The position numbers and the translations under genes were made by a program. The notes below the pieces were generated by a model that worked only from the letters and a program-made list of their open reading frames with translations, ran no database searches and was not told the DNA's origin. Source: an uncultured Bacteroidaceae bacterium (GTDB lineage Bacteria; Bacteroidota; Bacteroidia; Bacteroidales; Bacteroidaceae). From it: a stretch of 64,000 bases of DNA. Positions within the stretch are counted from its first letter, which is position 1. Each line of letters begins with the position of its first letter. The stretch lies in contig CAYYEL010000004.1 in NCBI GenBank assembly GCA_964470845.1, positions 13 to 64,012 on the forward strand, written 5' to 3'. Below are positions 27,619 to 38,271 of this stretch, in pieces.

Positions 27619-28533
27619 ATGGAAAAGAGAAGTTTAGTATCAATCAACGACTTGTCGCGCGAGAAGATTCTTCAGTTGCTTCAGATGGCCGAGAAATTTG
27701 AAGAAAATCCCAATCGCGATATTCTTTCGGGTAAGGTTATTGGTTCGTTGTTTTTTGAGCCCTCGACCCGCACCCGCCTCAGTTTCGAGACAGCAGCAAT
27801 GCGTCTGGGTGCTCGTGTCATTGGATTCAGCGATGCGGCCACAAGCTCGGCAAGCAAAGGCGAGACATTAAAAGACACCATTATGATGGTATCGAATTAT
27901 GCCGACCTTATAGTAATGCGCCACCGTCTCGAAGGTGCGGCACGATATGCAAGTGAGATTTCACCCGTACCCATAATAAATGCAGGCGACGGTGCCAATC
28001 AGCACCCCTCGCAAACGATGCTCGACCTCTACTCCATTCTAAAGACACAGGGCAGGCTCGAAAATCTGCACATACACCTTGTGGGCGACCTAAAATACGG
28101 CCGTACGGTTCACTCGCTTCTACACGCGATGCGACACTTTAAACCGACATTCCATTTTATTGCACCTCAGGAGCTTCAGATGCCCGAGGAGTATCGTCTG
28201 TTCTGTCGCGAGAACAACATCCCCTTTACCGAGACAACCGAATTTAACGAGGATGTCATTGCAAGCGCCGACATTATATATATGACACGCGTTCAACGCG
28301 AGCGCTTCAGCGACCTTATGGAGTACGAGAAAGTAAAGAATTGCTACCGTCTGACAAATGCAATGCTTGCCGGAAGCAAAGAGAATCTGCGCATCCTGCA
28401 CCCACTGCCACGAGTAACCGAAATTGCCTACGACGTAGATGACAACCCCAAAGCCTACTATTTCAGACAGGCACAAAACGGACTATACGTGCGCGAAGCG
28501 CTCATTTGCGATGTATTAGGAATTAACATCTAA
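27619..28533 (+). CDS. pyrB: Aspartate carbamoyltransferase catalytic subunit
   Basis: 304 aa with the motifs FFEPSTRTR and HPLPR. Confidence 0.95.
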   Translation: MEKRSLVSINDLSREKILQLLQMAEKFEENPNRDILSGKVIGSLFFEPSTRTRLSFETAAMRLGARVIGFSDAATSSASKGETLKDTIMMVSNYADLIVMRHRLEGAARYASEISPVPIINAGDGANQHPSQTMLDLYSILKTQGRLENLHIHLVGDLKYGRTVHSLLHAMRHFKPTFHFIAPQELQMPEEYRLFCRENNIPFTETTEFNEDVIASADIIYMTRVQRERFSDLMEYEKVKNCYRLTNAMLAGSKENLRILHPLPRVTEIAYDVDDNPKAYYFRQAQNGLYVREALICDVLGINI

Positions 28534-28545
28534 AAAGCAGCAACA

Positions 28546-29007
28546 ATGAAAGACAATATGACAGCAATGCAGGTAACAGCATTGTGCAATGGAACAGTAA
28601 TCGACCACATTCCGGCCGACAAGCTATTTGCCGTAGTAAGCCTTTTGAACATTCCGGCAATGGAGAGCAACGTAACAATTGGTTACAATCTTAACAGCAA
28701 AAAGTTAGGCAAAAAAGGCCTTATAAAAGTTGCCGATAAATTCTTTACCGACGACGAGGTGAACCGAATTTCTTTAGTTGCCCCCAACGTAGTACTGAAC
28801 ATTATCCACGACTATAAGGTTGTAGAGAAACGCGAGGTTCATATGCCCGACAAGCTACACAACATTGTCAAGTGCAGTAACCCCAACTGCATAACCAACA
28901 ACGAACCTATGCCCACACTTTTCCATCTTGTCAACCGCAATGAGGGCACACTAAAATGCCACTACTGCGAAAAAGAGAAGAACGTAAAAGAGATTGAATT
29001 ACTATAA
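28546..29007 (+). CDS. pyrI: Aspartate carbamoyltransferase regulatory subunit
   Basis: 153 aa with the C-terminal Zn cluster CSNPNC...CHYC. It follows pyrB. Confidence 0.9.
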   Translation: MKDNMTAMQVTALCNGTVIDHIPADKLFAVVSLLNIPAMESNVTIGYNLNSKKLGKKGLIKVADKFFTDDEVNRISLVAPNVVLNIIHDYKVVEKREVHMPDKLHNIVKCSNPNCITNNEPMPTLFHLVNRNEGTLKCHYCEKEKNVKEIELL

Positions 29008-29022
29008 AAGAATTCTATAAGA

Positions 29023-29598
29023 ATGAAACTGAACTGGAAGCCGGGAACAATGATATACCCCCTGCCCGCAGTACTTATAAGCTGTGGTAACAGCCCCGAA
29101 AATTACAATATGCTCACAGTATCGTGGGTGGGTACGGTGTGCACCAACCCTGCAATGTGCTATATATCGGTGCGTCCCGAACGCCACTCCTACCCCATCA
29201 TACGCGAAACAGGCGAATTTGTCATAAACCTCACAACAGCCGAGATGGCGCGTGCCACCGACTGGTGCGGCGTCCGCTCGGGCAAGGATTATGACAAAGC
29301 CAAGGAGACAGGGCTCACCTATGGCCCATCCACAGTAATTAAAGCTCCGATAATTGTAGAATCGCCATTGAGTATTGAGTGCCGCGTTAAGCAGATTATC
29401 CCTTTGGGCTCGCACGATATGTTTTTGGCCGAGGTTGTAAACGTACAAGCCGACGACCGTCTGCTCAACCCCGAAACAGGCGAATGGGACCTATCGGCTG
29501 CCGACCCATTAGTTTATACCCACGGAAAATATTTCCATCTGGGCGAGTTTATTGGTAAATTCGGCTGGAGCGTCAAAAAAGAGACAAAAAAGAGATAA
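29023..29598 (+). CDS. Flavin reductase family protein
   Basis: 191 aa. YPLPAVLISCG and later segments are typical of flavin reductase-like FMN-binding proteins. Confidence 0.7.
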   Translation: MKLNWKPGTMIYPLPAVLISCGNSPENYNMLTVSWVGTVCTNPAMCYISVRPERHSYPIIRETGEFVINLTTAEMARATDWCGVRSGKDYDKAKETGLTYGPSTVIKAPIIVESPLSIECRVKQIIPLGSHDMFLAEVVNVQADDRLLNPETGEWDLSAADPLVYTHGKYFHLGEFIGKFGWSVKKETKKR

Positions 29599-29599
29599 T

Positions 29600-30307
29600 A
29601 TGTCCATTCGTCATATAGTAACCGGTATAATTATTTTTCTGCTTGCGTTGCAGTCGATACAAGCGCAGGAGCAGAGTAAAAAAGTACGTTTCAACGCAGG
29701 TCTGAAAGTAGGATTCCACGCAGCCACGTACAACAGCACCAATTTCAAAATTGACGGCTACGAATATGACGACCGTGTGATACAGAGCAACAAAATAGGT
29801 TACTCGGTGAGTCCTTTCGTGCGCATAAGCAAGAATCGCCTATATGTGCAGACCGAGGGCACGTTGAGCCTCTCGCGTCATAATTTCGAATTTAAAGAGA
29901 TTCTGCCCGATAATGCACCCGCACTCGAAGATGCCACAAAGCCCCAATACAAACTGACTACCTACTGCATTCAAGTGCCACTGCTCGTAGGCTACGAATT
30001 TGTGAACAGCGGCCCTTATGGAATGAGCGTTTTTACAGGCCCAAAAGCAAAATTCATATTTACGGCGCACGACAAGCAAGAGTTTAAACACTTTAAGCAC
30101 ACACACCTCGAAGAGCAGTTACAACCCATAGTATATTATTGGGAGGTTGGATTAGGAGTAAAAATCTCAAATTTCTGTTTCGATTTTATTTACGACTTTG
30201 GATTAAATAAGAATTCCAATGGTATTATATCGAAAAAGAGTGGCGAAAAATTCTATTCACGACGCAGCGACAATCTTCTGAGTTTCTCGGTAGGTATATT
30301 TTTTTAA
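29600..30307 (+). CDS. Outer-membrane beta-barrel protein (PorT/OMP_b-brl-like)
   Basis: Signal peptide, alternating beta-strand pattern and a C-terminal aromatic residue (GIFF). The start was set at MSIRHIV (29600) rather than the overlapping 29552. Confidence 0.55.
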   Translation: MSIRHIVTGIIIFLLALQSIQAQEQSKKVRFNAGLKVGFHAATYNSTNFKIDGYEYDDRVIQSNKIGYSVSPFVRISKNRLYVQTEGTLSLSRHNFEFKEILPDNAPALEDATKPQYKLTTYCIQVPLLVGYEFVNSGPYGMSVFTGPKAKFIFTAHDKQEFKHFKHTHLEEQLQPIVYYWEVGLGVKISNFCFDFIYDFGLNKNSNGIISKKSGEKFYSRRSDNLLSFSVGIFF

Positions 30308-30358
30308 AAGATTCCAATCAAAGACACGCACAGAAGTGCGCGACTAACAAAACAAAAA

Positions 30359-30386
30359 TCGAGTGCACCCCGTGGGGTGCACTCGA
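30359..30386. terminator. Bidirectional terminator hairpin
   Basis: tcgagtgcacccc / ggggtgcactcga, flanked by an A-run and a T-run, between the converging OMP and glyA genes. Confidence 0.75.
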
Positions 30387-30411
30387 TTTTATCACATTAG
30401 ATAATAGTCTC

Positions 30412-31692
30412 TTAGTAAGCATATAAAGGATACTCGGCCATTGTCTCATTTACTTGACGACGAACGGCAGCTATAACCTTTTCGTCCTCGGGAGCATTAA
30501 GCACTGTCTCAATCATCTCGGCAATAAAAGGCATAAGCGTCTCTTTTACACCGCGAGTTGTGATTGCAGGAGTTCCTAAACGAATGCCCGATGTCTGGAA
30601 AGCGCTGCGCGAGTCAAAAGGAACCATATTCTTGTTGGCAGTAATATCGGCTGCAACAAGAGCTCTCTCGGCCACCTTACCGGTGAGGTCGGGATATTTG
30701 CTACGCAGGTCAACAAGCATCGAGTGGTTATCTGTTCCGCCCGAAACAATACCGAATCCGCGATTCATAAGCTCGGCTGCAAGTGTAGCTGCATTCAGCT
30801 TAACCTGCGCTTGATACTCTTTAAACTCGGGTTGCAAAGCCTCGCCAAAGGCAACAGCCTTGGCTGCAATTACATGTTCGAGCGGGCCACCCTGAATACC
30901 GGGGAACACTGCACTATCGAGCAGAGCCGACATCATCTTAACCTCGCCCTTGGGAGTAGTTTTTCCCCAAGGATTGGGAAAATCCTTACCCATAAGAATA
31001 ATACCGCCACGTGGGCCACGCAGTGTCTTATGAGTGGTAGATGTTACAATGTGAGCATATTTCAAGGGGTTATCGAGCAGTCCTGCGGCAATAAGACCGG
31101 CAGGGTGTGCCATATCAACCATAAGCAGTGCGCCTACACTGTCGGCAATTTCGCGCATACGCTTATAATCCCACTCGCGCGAGTAGGCCGAACCACCACC
31201 GATAATCAGTTTAGGCTGCTCGCGATGAGCAATTTCTTCCATTTGGTCGTAATCGACGCGACCGGTCTCGGGGTTCAGGTTATACTCTACGGGAGTATAG
31301 ATAAGACCCGATGTATTTACAGCCGAACCGTGCGAAAGGTGTCCGCCGTGTGCAAGGTTAAGACCCATAAATTTATCACCGGGGTTGAGCACAGCAAGAA
31401 ATACTGCGGCATTGGCCTGTGCACCCGAATGAGGCTGAACATTTACCCACTCGGCACCATAAAGTTCTTTCAGACGTGTGCGTGCAAGTTCCTCGACCAT
31501 GTCAACGACCTCACAACCACCATAATAGCGCTTGCCGGGATAACCCTCGGCATATTTGTTTGTGAGGAACGAGCCCATAGCCTGCATAACCTCATTACTT
31601 ACAAAATTCTCCGACGCAATAAGCTCAATGCCTTTGAGTTGTCGGCGTTGCTCCATCTCAATCAGTTGAAAAACGGAATTGTCTCTTTTCAT
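30412..31692 (-). CDS. glyA: Serine hydroxymethyltransferase
   Basis: 426 aa. The PLP-lysine motif is in [14 protein letters not shown]. Confidence 0.95.
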   Translation of the reverse strand: MKRDNSVFQLIEMEQRRQLKGIELIASENFVSNEVMQAMGSFLTNKYAEGYPGKRYYGGCEVVDMVEELARTRLKELYGAEWVNVQPHSGAQANAAVFLAVLNPGDKFMGLNLAHGGHLSHGSAVNTSGLIYTPVEYNLNPETGRVDYDQMEEIAHREQPKLIIGGGSAYSREWDYKRMREIADSVGALLMVDMAHPAGLIAAGLLDNPLKYAHIVTSTTHKTLRGPRGGIILMGKDFPNPWGKTTPKGEVKMMSALLDSAVFPGIQGGPLEHVIAAKAVAFGEALQPEFKEYQAQVKLNAATLAAELMNRGFGIVSGGTDNHSMLVDLRSKYPDLTGKVAERALVAADITANKNMVPFDSRSAFQTSGIRLGTPAITTRGVKETLMPFIAEMIETVLNAPEDEKVIAAVRRQVNETMAEYPLYAY

Positions 31693-31751
31693 AGTATTAT
31701 TTTATAATTTACTCTTTTACTCAAAAAAACGGTCTTTTTGCTAACGAATTG

Positions 31752-31759
31752 CAAAGATA
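31752..31759 (-). promoter_or_regulatory. -7 box TAtcTTTG (minus strand) for glyA
   Basis: The plus strand reads caaagata, about 60 nt upstream of the glyA start. Confidence 0.45.
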
Positions 31760-32017
31760 GTGCTTTTTACTCTAATAATTATAAAGTAAAGGCATAAAAG
31801 GAGAACAAATTTTAATTTGCCCTCCTTTTACCGCCTTTTTAACTACTTATTTATTATTTACTTAAAGTCCAAAAAACATAGTATCTATGCAACGACAAGA
31901 GTTATATTTTTCATTTCAAAAGAAACGTTATTCTACTTTTTAAACGGGGGAATGAGTAAAATGTAACAATATCTACCGATAAATAGCCGGATATTTTTTA
32001 GGCCACACACATACTAA

Positions 32018-34858
32018 TTATTCTGCCCCCACATTGAAACGGTAGATAGCCGACAGCATCAGATAGCTGTGAAACGTAGCTGTACGGCTGAAATTCCTTG
32101 AATTGGCCGAAAGATAACTCCACTCCGATGTTCTCTGGTGCAGAATATCTACCGCTTCGAGTTGCAGCGTCAACGCCTTACTCTTAAGCAACGACTGCGA
32201 CACTGTTGCATTCCACAGCCATTGACTGTGGTTCAGAATCTCGGAGTCGTAGCCCTTACGGTCGAAAAGGCCGAAGCTGGTGTTGATTTTCAAGCCAAAG
32301 GGCAGCTCGACCTGCGGCTGAAAAGTAAACTCAAAGATACGTCCTGCCTGATTGCGTCCCTTTTCGTGCTCGTATCGGGTAATCTCGCTACTGAACGACG
32401 AGTTCAGACTGATACTCCAAATATCCTTTCTCCAACGCAACGACATTCGTGCCGACGGGGCATAAAAATTGACCACCGACAGGCCGAGAGCATCGCCCAT
32501 TGAACCAACAAAATTCTTATTGTGCCAATGATTAAGGTGGGTCGTCAGCCTCAATGTCCAATGACGGGCCGTGTCTAAAGGTTGCTCGGTCGATAGTAAC
32601 ACAAAAGCTCGATAATTTCCGTTAATGCTTTTTGTCGTCAATGTCCGCTTGCCCGTAACCTCATCTATTTGAGATATTGAGGTGGGAGTGTTACTGTTCC
32701 AACTGAAATATCCAATCATATTATAATTATCACCACGCTTTTTATTGAAATAGTTACCCTGCAAATTTATTGAGTTGTACCACTCGGTCTTAAGATGAGG
32801 GTTGTTTATCGACACCACCATTTCATTTGACGTATCGGTAAGAGGCAACAGGCTCACAAGTGCTTGACGGCTCGTCGAGCCGTGGTAATTAACATATAGC
32901 TCGGCATTTTCGATGGGACGCCACGTAAGGTTGCTTCCCACTGTCCAATCGATATATTTGCGCGAGGGTGCATAATTGTTATTATCGCGGCTATAATAAA
33001 GATGCTCGTTTTTATGTGCGGCAGCAACGCTTAATTGCGCCTCGAATTTTTCCCATCTACCCGACAATGCAGTATTTAATGTATGCTCATTAGCATACTC
33101 TACCGAGTTATATGAGTTTGCAATATCAATTACTGCACGCAACGAGTCGGCTGTCGATGGGTGCATACCCACAGGCAGATACGGCGTGTTATAATGCGTG
33201 TAGTGGTGGAGATTGTATATATTATTTGCCCCATTATCTTTATTGTGGGCATAGGAATAAGTCAGATGGTGCTGTATCTTGTCGGTAAGGCGGAACGAGA
33301 ATCCTAACGAAGCCCCGTATGAGCTATTATCGTTTGGCGAGAGATTATATCGACGCAACAGATAATCGGCTTTGGGAGCATCGGGGCTGAAATAACGATA
33401 ATAGGTTAGATTATCACTATTGTTCCTGCCCGAGTATATACGATAATTTGCATTGATGAACATTGAATTTCCCGAATTGCCGAAGCGATGAGTATAGGAT
33501 GCCCGCACCGAGGCATTTATACTGCGTGAATTGCTCCCACTGATATTTTCCGAAGAGTTTACTCCTTGTGAGCGCAGCGTGCTGTCAATATCGCCACTAA
33601 TCAACCCCAAATGTGCATTCTCCATTATCTGTTCACTGTTATATACCGAGCCTTTGGAGTTGTAACTATTACGGTGGTCATTATAAAAATAGTCCAATCC
33701 AAAATTCATTCGGTTCAGTGTGTCGATGTTCCACACAAGCGACGCGTTTACATCAACACCTCTTTCGCGTCCGTTGTTTATGCTTGTATTGTAGCCAAAA
33801 TGCGAGCCCTGCGACAAAAATGTCTCATTGTTCGATATTGTGCTGTGGTTACTGTTGTTGTGCGTAGCCGTAACATTCAGATTGCTTTTTATATATCCGG
33901 CTTCGTTATTCTTGCGACCATTGTCCCACGAAAGAACCGTTCCCGCCTTACGATAGGTATAAAAACCGTTTCCAACACCCCAATGATACCAATTGCCATT
34001 TTCATCGACCTGTTCATTTTGACTGATGTTATTAACCTGCGCAAACACCGCAGCACGATACTTATCGCTGAAATTCAGCGCAAAGACCTTGCCCATATAA
34101 CGCTCTTTTGTTCCGTAACCCAAATTGGCATTTACGTTCCACGAGCTCATATACTCCTTTTTTATTTTAAGGTCGATAACCGTTGCCTTGTCGGTGTCGT
34201 GTGTGCCCGAAAAATCACGATCATCGTCGCTTTTCTTATATATCTGTACATTTTCCACAGCCTCGGTTGTCATATTCGAGATTGCCGTATTTACATCGCC
34301 GAAGAATGGCTTGCCATTAACCAATATATTATCGACCTTCTTTCCTTGAAAGGTAAGATTGCCGTCGCTATCCATTGACAATCCGGGCAGTTGTTTTATG
34401 AGCGCTGCCACCGAAGCCCCTTCGGGTACCCGGTAGGCTGCACTGTTATAGACGAATGTATCGGCTTTAATCGTAAGTTCGTTGGCAAGGCCGGTAACAA
34501 GAGCCTCGCCAAGCATTTTGCTATCAGGTGCAAGGTGTATCTTGCCCATACGCTGCTTGGGGCTTTTCTTTGTCAACTCAAAATATTTAGTAAGCGTCTC
34601 GTATCCAATATACGAGACTACAAGTTTGTATTTTCCCGCAGCCTTCAGAGCCACCGAAAAGTTGCCATCCTCGTTGGTGGCAGCCATCGTTACTTGCGTC
34701 GTGTCGTTCACTAATACTCGCAAGCGTGCAAAAGGCAACGCCTCTTTATTATTCTCGGCATCTACCACCCTACCCGTAATTTCATAATTCTGAGCCGAGA
34801 GTGTGGTACTCGCAAATATCAATAATATAATAAGAAATCTTTTCATCACTCCATTCAT
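32018..34858 (-). CDS. Outer-membrane beta-barrel receptor-like protein with N-terminal carboxypeptidase-regulatory-like domain
   Basis: 946 aa with a signal peptide, a CarboxypepD_reg-like N-terminus (ITGRVVDAENN...GKYKLVVSYIGYETL), a plug-like segment and a long beta-barrel ending in an aromatic-rich C-terminus. Confidence 0.7.
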   Translation of the reverse strand: MNGVMKRFLIILLIFASTTLSAQNYEITGRVVDAENNKEALPFARLRVLVNDTTQVTMAATNEDGNFSVALKAAGKYKLVVSYIGYETLTKYFELTKKSPKQRMGKIHLAPDSKMLGEALVTGLANELTIKADTFVYNSAAYRVPEGASVAALIKQLPGLSMDSDGNLTFQGKKVDNILVNGKPFFGDVNTAISNMTTEAVENVQIYKKSDDDRDFSGTHDTDKATVIDLKIKKEYMSSWNVNANLGYGTKERYMGKVFALNFSDKYRAAVFAQVNNISQNEQVDENGNWYHWGVGNGFYTYRKAGTVLSWDNGRKNNEAGYIKSNLNVTATHNNSNHSTISNNETFLSQGSHFGYNTSINNGRERGVDVNASLVWNIDTLNRMNFGLDYFYNDHRNSYNSKGSVYNSEQIMENAHLGLISGDIDSTLRSQGVNSSENISGSNSRSINASVRASYTHRFGNSGNSMFINANYRIYSGRNNSDNLTYYRYFSPDAPKADYLLRRYNLSPNDNSSYGASLGFSFRLTDKIQHHLTYSYAHNKDNGANNIYNLHHYTHYNTPYLPVGMHPSTADSLRAVIDIANSYNSVEYANEHTLNTALSGRWEKFEAQLSVAAAHKNEHLYYSRDNNNYAPSRKYIDWTVGSNLTWRPIENAELYVNYHGSTSRQALVSLLPLTDTSNEMVVSINNPHLKTEWYNSINLQGNYFNKKRGDNYNMIGYFSWNSNTPTSISQIDEVTGKRTLTTKSINGNYRAFVLLSTEQPLDTARHWTLRLTTHLNHWHNKNFVGSMGDALGLSVVNFYAPSARMSLRWRKDIWSISLNSSFSSEITRYEHEKGRNQAGRIFEFTFQPQVELPFGLKINTSFGLFDRKGYDSEILNHSQWLWNATVSQSLLKSKALTLQLEAVDILHQRTSEWSYLSANSRNFSRTATFHSYLMLSAIYRFNVGAE

Positions 34859-34920
34859 TCTTTAATACATTGGACTGTAACAATCCTTAAACATACTGAC
34901 TATTTTCAGATATTACAAAT

Positions 34921-34955
34921 ATTTCTTTGAAAGAAATTTAAACAGCTTCTAAATT
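34921..34955. repeat. Dispersed short repeat (inverted copy) with palindromic core ATTTCTTTgAAAGAAAT
   Basis: The reverse complement reads aatttagaagctgtttaaatttctttcaaagaaat. It lies between the anti-sigma-like gene and the OM receptor gene. Confidence 0.6.
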
Positions 34956-34962
34956 GATTGAA

Positions 34963-35697
34963 TTACCAGTCGAACGTGATTATTTCATTAAATTGAGGCC
35001 ACGTATGAATTGGTGTCGAGAAATTCTCAAACGGTGTAAATTTTGTCGGCAGAAATAATTCTGTATCTATTGTGTAGGGTTCAAAATTGTCGAAATTGTC
35101 GAAACAACCAAACAATTGCTCAATTGTCTGTTGCGAGAGGCTGATGACCCTTGCGCCTCGTTTATAAAAGTCATACTTGCCAAACAGGTTCAAACTATTG
35201 TCTATACGTCTGTGTGCAGCCCTATAATAGGGATTATGTACAATACAACGATTATAACCGATTGTATCAACTTTTTTATCACCGATGCACAAGTTTGTTA
35301 GTTCGGTCTCTTGCACTGCACCGGGTGCTGCCACAGGGTCGTTTGTAGAACCTGCAAGAAAAGGTGAAATTATGAAAAGTACAAAAATAAGTACAGCTGC
35401 AATAGAAACAAAGGCCGGCCAGTTGTTCACTCGTCGCCGATGGACACCACGACGCATAATGCGATTTTTGCGTCTCCAGCGTGCAAAATTGCTCCACTCG
35501 ACCTCGACATCCGGAAGCCGTGCGTTGTCAACCTCGATTATTGTTTCAATATTACTAAGCAACGAATACAATTCCTGTGTTTCTTCGTTGTTCATAATAT
35601 CCGCGAGTTGCTCGTCATTAAACCTCTCGGGCGTTTCCACTGCTTGTAACAGACGCTCTATATTACTATTTTTATCATTTTTCTCCATAGTCATCAT
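34963..35697 (-). CDS. Putative anti-sigma factor / membrane-anchored hypothetical protein
   Basis: 244 aa with one TM (AFVSIAAVLIFVLFIISPFL). Its start overlaps the stop of the upstream ECF sigma gene by 4 nt. Confidence 0.4.
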   Translation of the reverse strand: MMTMEKNDKNSNIERLLQAVETPERFNDEQLADIMNNEETQELYSLLSNIETIIEVDNARLPDVEVEWSNFARWRRKNRIMRRGVHRRRVNNWPAFVSIAAVLIFVLFIISPFLAGSTNDPVAAPGAVQETELTNLCIGDKKVDTIGYNRCIVHNPYYRAAHRRIDNSLNLFGKYDFYKRGARVISLSQQTIEQLFGCFDNFDNFEPYTIDTELFLPTKFTPFENFSTPIHTWPQFNEIITFDW

Positions 35698-36194
35698 ATT
35701 TCGCAGTTTGTGATATAACTTTTAAGTTTGAGTATCAACGAAGCAAAATGACGCCTCGCGGTGGCGTAACTGCATCCAAGCAGCACGGCAGCATCTTTCA
35801 GGGTTTTCTTCTCGAATATTACAAGGTTTATAAGAGCCTGTTCCTCTTTGTCTAATGTCGATATATAAAGACGCAATAGCTCGATACGTTTCTCGTGGAA
35901 AAAATCGCTCTTACTATTTAGTTGAGTGTCCGAAATTATTCGTTTTTTAAATCGCTCGTGCACTTCCATATGTCTTAAACGGCTGACACAGGCATTACGC
36001 AATATCGACCTTGAGAGAGAATCGGGATTATCGGTCTTTTCCCACACCTGCCACAGTCGCTTGAATGTCTCGGCTACAATATCGCGGCTCTCTTCCTTGT
36101 CGTGCAGTATGCCTAATGCTAAACGATACAGTGTTGTATAATTTGTTTTATAAAACTCTTCAAAATCCATTACTCTGCTGCTACAAATGCTCAA
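35694..36194 (-). CDS. ECF-type RNA polymerase sigma-70 factor
   Basis: 166 aa with region 2 (SRDIVAETFKRLWQ) and the region 4 HTH (LKDAAVLLGCSYATARRHF). The start could be the internal MDFEEF. Confidence 0.75.
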   Translation of the reverse strand: MSICSSRVMDFEEFYKTNYTTLYRLALGILHDKEESRDIVAETFKRLWQVWEKTDNPDSLSRSILRNACVSRLRHMEVHERFKKRIISDTQLNSKSDFFHEKRIELLRLYISTLDKEEQALINLVIFEKKTLKDAAVLLGCSYATARRHFASLILKLKSYITNCEI

Positions 36195-36250
36195 TTATTT
36201 TGACGTGTTATATATATAAGACGTAAATAATGGCAAAAATGAACACAAAA

Positions 36251-36294
36251 AGAGAAAAAATCTTCAGAAAAATTTTTCTGAAGATTTTTTCTCT
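36251..36294. terminator. 44-nt perfect palindrome (bidirectional terminator)
   Basis: agagaaaaaatcttcagaaaaa / tttttctgaagattttttctct, between the 3' end of acyl-CoA ligase copy 1 and the sigma gene. Confidence 0.8.
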
Positions 36295-36322
36295 TTTTGT
36301 CAAATACCGAATTATGGTTCTT

Positions 36323-37996
36323 TTATGAGTACATAAAACGACGAATACTCTGCTTAGGAGTTTTTTCAAAGGGCTCTTCACGCATTTCGCAGGTTGCAAT
36401 CTGGCTATATGCGGGCAGTTCTTTGTTAAGTGCCAGAATATTCTCGGCTATGATTTTATTAACCTCCTCGGTGTTAAGATTATCTTTCCTACCGGACTCA
36501 TAGTCGGCAACTACAAGTGCCACAAGAGCATTTTTACGACCAACCACCAACGACTCCACTATATAAGGAAGATTGTTTATCTTATCCTCAATCTCCTCGG
36601 GATATATATTCTGTCCGCTGGCCGAGAGAATCATATTCTTGCAACGGCCCTTGATAAAGATATTGCCCTTTTTGTCGATAATACCCATATCTCCCGTCTT
36701 TAGCCAACCGTCTTTTGTAAATGACGCCTTTGTGGCCTCTTCGTTTCTGTAGTAGCCGAGCATCACGGCATCGCCCTTACACTGAATCTCGCCGAGAATG
36801 CGACGGGGGTCTTTCGAGTCGATGCGTACCTCAAGAGGCTCGGCTGTGCGTCCGCAAGAGTACTTCTCAAATTTCGAGCGGTCGCAATACGAGATTAGCG
36901 GGCCACACTCGGTCATTCCGTAACCAACACAATAGGGGAAATTCATCTTTTGCATAAGGTCTTCGACCTCGCGGTTAAGCGCTGCACCGCCGATAATAAC
37001 ACCGGTTGTGAGGCCACCGCCAAAGGCTGTCACCAACTTCTTGCGGATGGCGTTGAGGATAATTTTGTTCACTCCGGGGATGGCCATAAGCACTCGCATA
37101 TGAGGCTTACGCAGTGTGGGGAATACCTTTGACTTGAAAATTTTCTCTACCACAAGGGGCACGGTGAGAAACATAAAGGGTTTAACGGCGGCTAATCCTC
37201 CCAAAAGACGTGCGGGGACGGGCTTTCCGTTAAGGATTGTTATGTGGCATCCGCCTGAGAGGGGGAAGAGAAAATCGAATGTCTGTCCGAACATATGTGC
37301 CATAGGAAGAACCGAGAATATTGTATTACCCTCGCACATTGGAATCTCGCGGCGGGCAAACTCGAGGTTGGCCGAGAGGCTGCGTGCCGGAAGCACCACT
37401 CCCTTTGAGGTTGCACTTGTGGTACCCGATGTAAAACTGATTACGGCAACGGGTTCCATTTCGGTCTTTGAGTAATCGACAGCCTCGGGCTTTACTCCTG
37501 CGGGGAATTTTGCCGCGAACTTTGCATCGAGGTCGGCTGCCGCCTCTTCGTATTTTTTATCCGACGCGTTAAACAATGAAATATCCTTTACATTAACCGT
37601 GCAGGTAAAGTCATCTATAGCGTTCAAGCCATCAAGCAACGATTTATCGGCTTTCAAAAGGTCGAATGCCACATTGTCGCATATCATCATACGGCACTCC
37701 GAGAAGGTGCTTAGCTCTACCACGGCGCTCGCAAGAAAATCGGGCAGGAAAGGCACAACTACTGCATCGTATGCCACTACCGCAAGATAAGCAATGCCCC
37801 ACTCGGCCGAATTACGTGCATACAAGGCTACTTTATCTCCTTTTTTCAGTCCGCAAGCATCGAACAGTATGTGGTATTTCTCAATGCCTTCGGCTACCTG
37901 ACCGTAGGTATATGTCTCGCCACCAAAATTGCTGAAAGCGGGTCTGTCCCAATGCTTCTTAATGGACTTATCCAAATAGGTTAAATAGTGCTGCAT
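36323..37996 (-). CDS. AMP-dependent acyl-CoA synthetase/ligase (long-chain-fatty-acid-CoA ligase-like), paralog 1
   Basis: 557 aa with the AMP-binding motifs FTSGTTSATSKG, GYGMTE, KTGDMG and GRCKNMI. Confidence 0.85.
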   Translation of the reverse strand: MQHYLTYLDKSIKKHWDRPAFSNFGGETYTYGQVAEGIEKYHILFDACGLKKGDKVALYARNSAEWGIAYLAVVAYDAVVVPFLPDFLASAVVELSTFSECRMMICDNVAFDLLKADKSLLDGLNAIDDFTCTVNVKDISLFNASDKKYEEAAADLDAKFAAKFPAGVKPEAVDYSKTEMEPVAVISFTSGTTSATSKGVVLPARSLSANLEFARREIPMCEGNTIFSVLPMAHMFGQTFDFLFPLSGGCHITILNGKPVPARLLGGLAAVKPFMFLTVPLVVEKIFKSKVFPTLRKPHMRVLMAIPGVNKIILNAIRKKLVTAFGGGLTTGVIIGGAALNREVEDLMQKMNFPYCVGYGMTECGPLISYCDRSKFEKYSCGRTAEPLEVRIDSKDPRRILGEIQCKGDAVMLGYYRNEEATKASFTKDGWLKTGDMGIIDKKGNIFIKGRCKNMILSASGQNIYPEEIEDKINNLPYIVESLVVGRKNALVALVVADYESGRKDNLNTEEVNKIIAENILALNKELPAYSQIATCEMREEPFEKTPKQSIRRFMYS

Positions 37997-38206
37997 AGTA
38001 TCTATATTTAATGTTGTTTATATTCTTTTTCTTGTTCGTTGCTTACTTTCCGCAGTAAGCCAAAATATCTTTTGCAAATATCTTTAATTATTTTGTTTTT
38101 AGGAATATTTAAGCCGAAAATTAACACTGTTTTCATTCCTTTTTGAACAGTATAGGGTTATTTTATCACTTCTGTTAACACTATTTTACAAAAAAACTTA
38201 AAAATT

Positions 38207-38246
38207 GATTCCCTTTACAGACAATCAAAAAACTGTAAAGGGAATC
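38207..38246 (-). terminator. Intrinsic terminator after ligase paralog 2
   Basis: 14-bp perfect stem gattccctttacag / ctgtaaagggaatc, with a T-run downstream on the minus strand. Confidence 0.7.
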
Positions 38247-38271
38247 GGGGTCTAACAATCTACAATCAAAT

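Noticed and set aside
29552-29599. N-terminal extensions proposed by the ORF track. These are 29552 for the OMP, 51674 for purC, 52650 for aroE, 9613 for panB, 6141 for the ferritin-like gene and the TTG at 62521 for ccsB.
   Set aside because: The extensions overlap upstream genes or terminator hairpins and add non-homologous residues. Internal Met codons give N-termini that match the families or start with a signal peptide.
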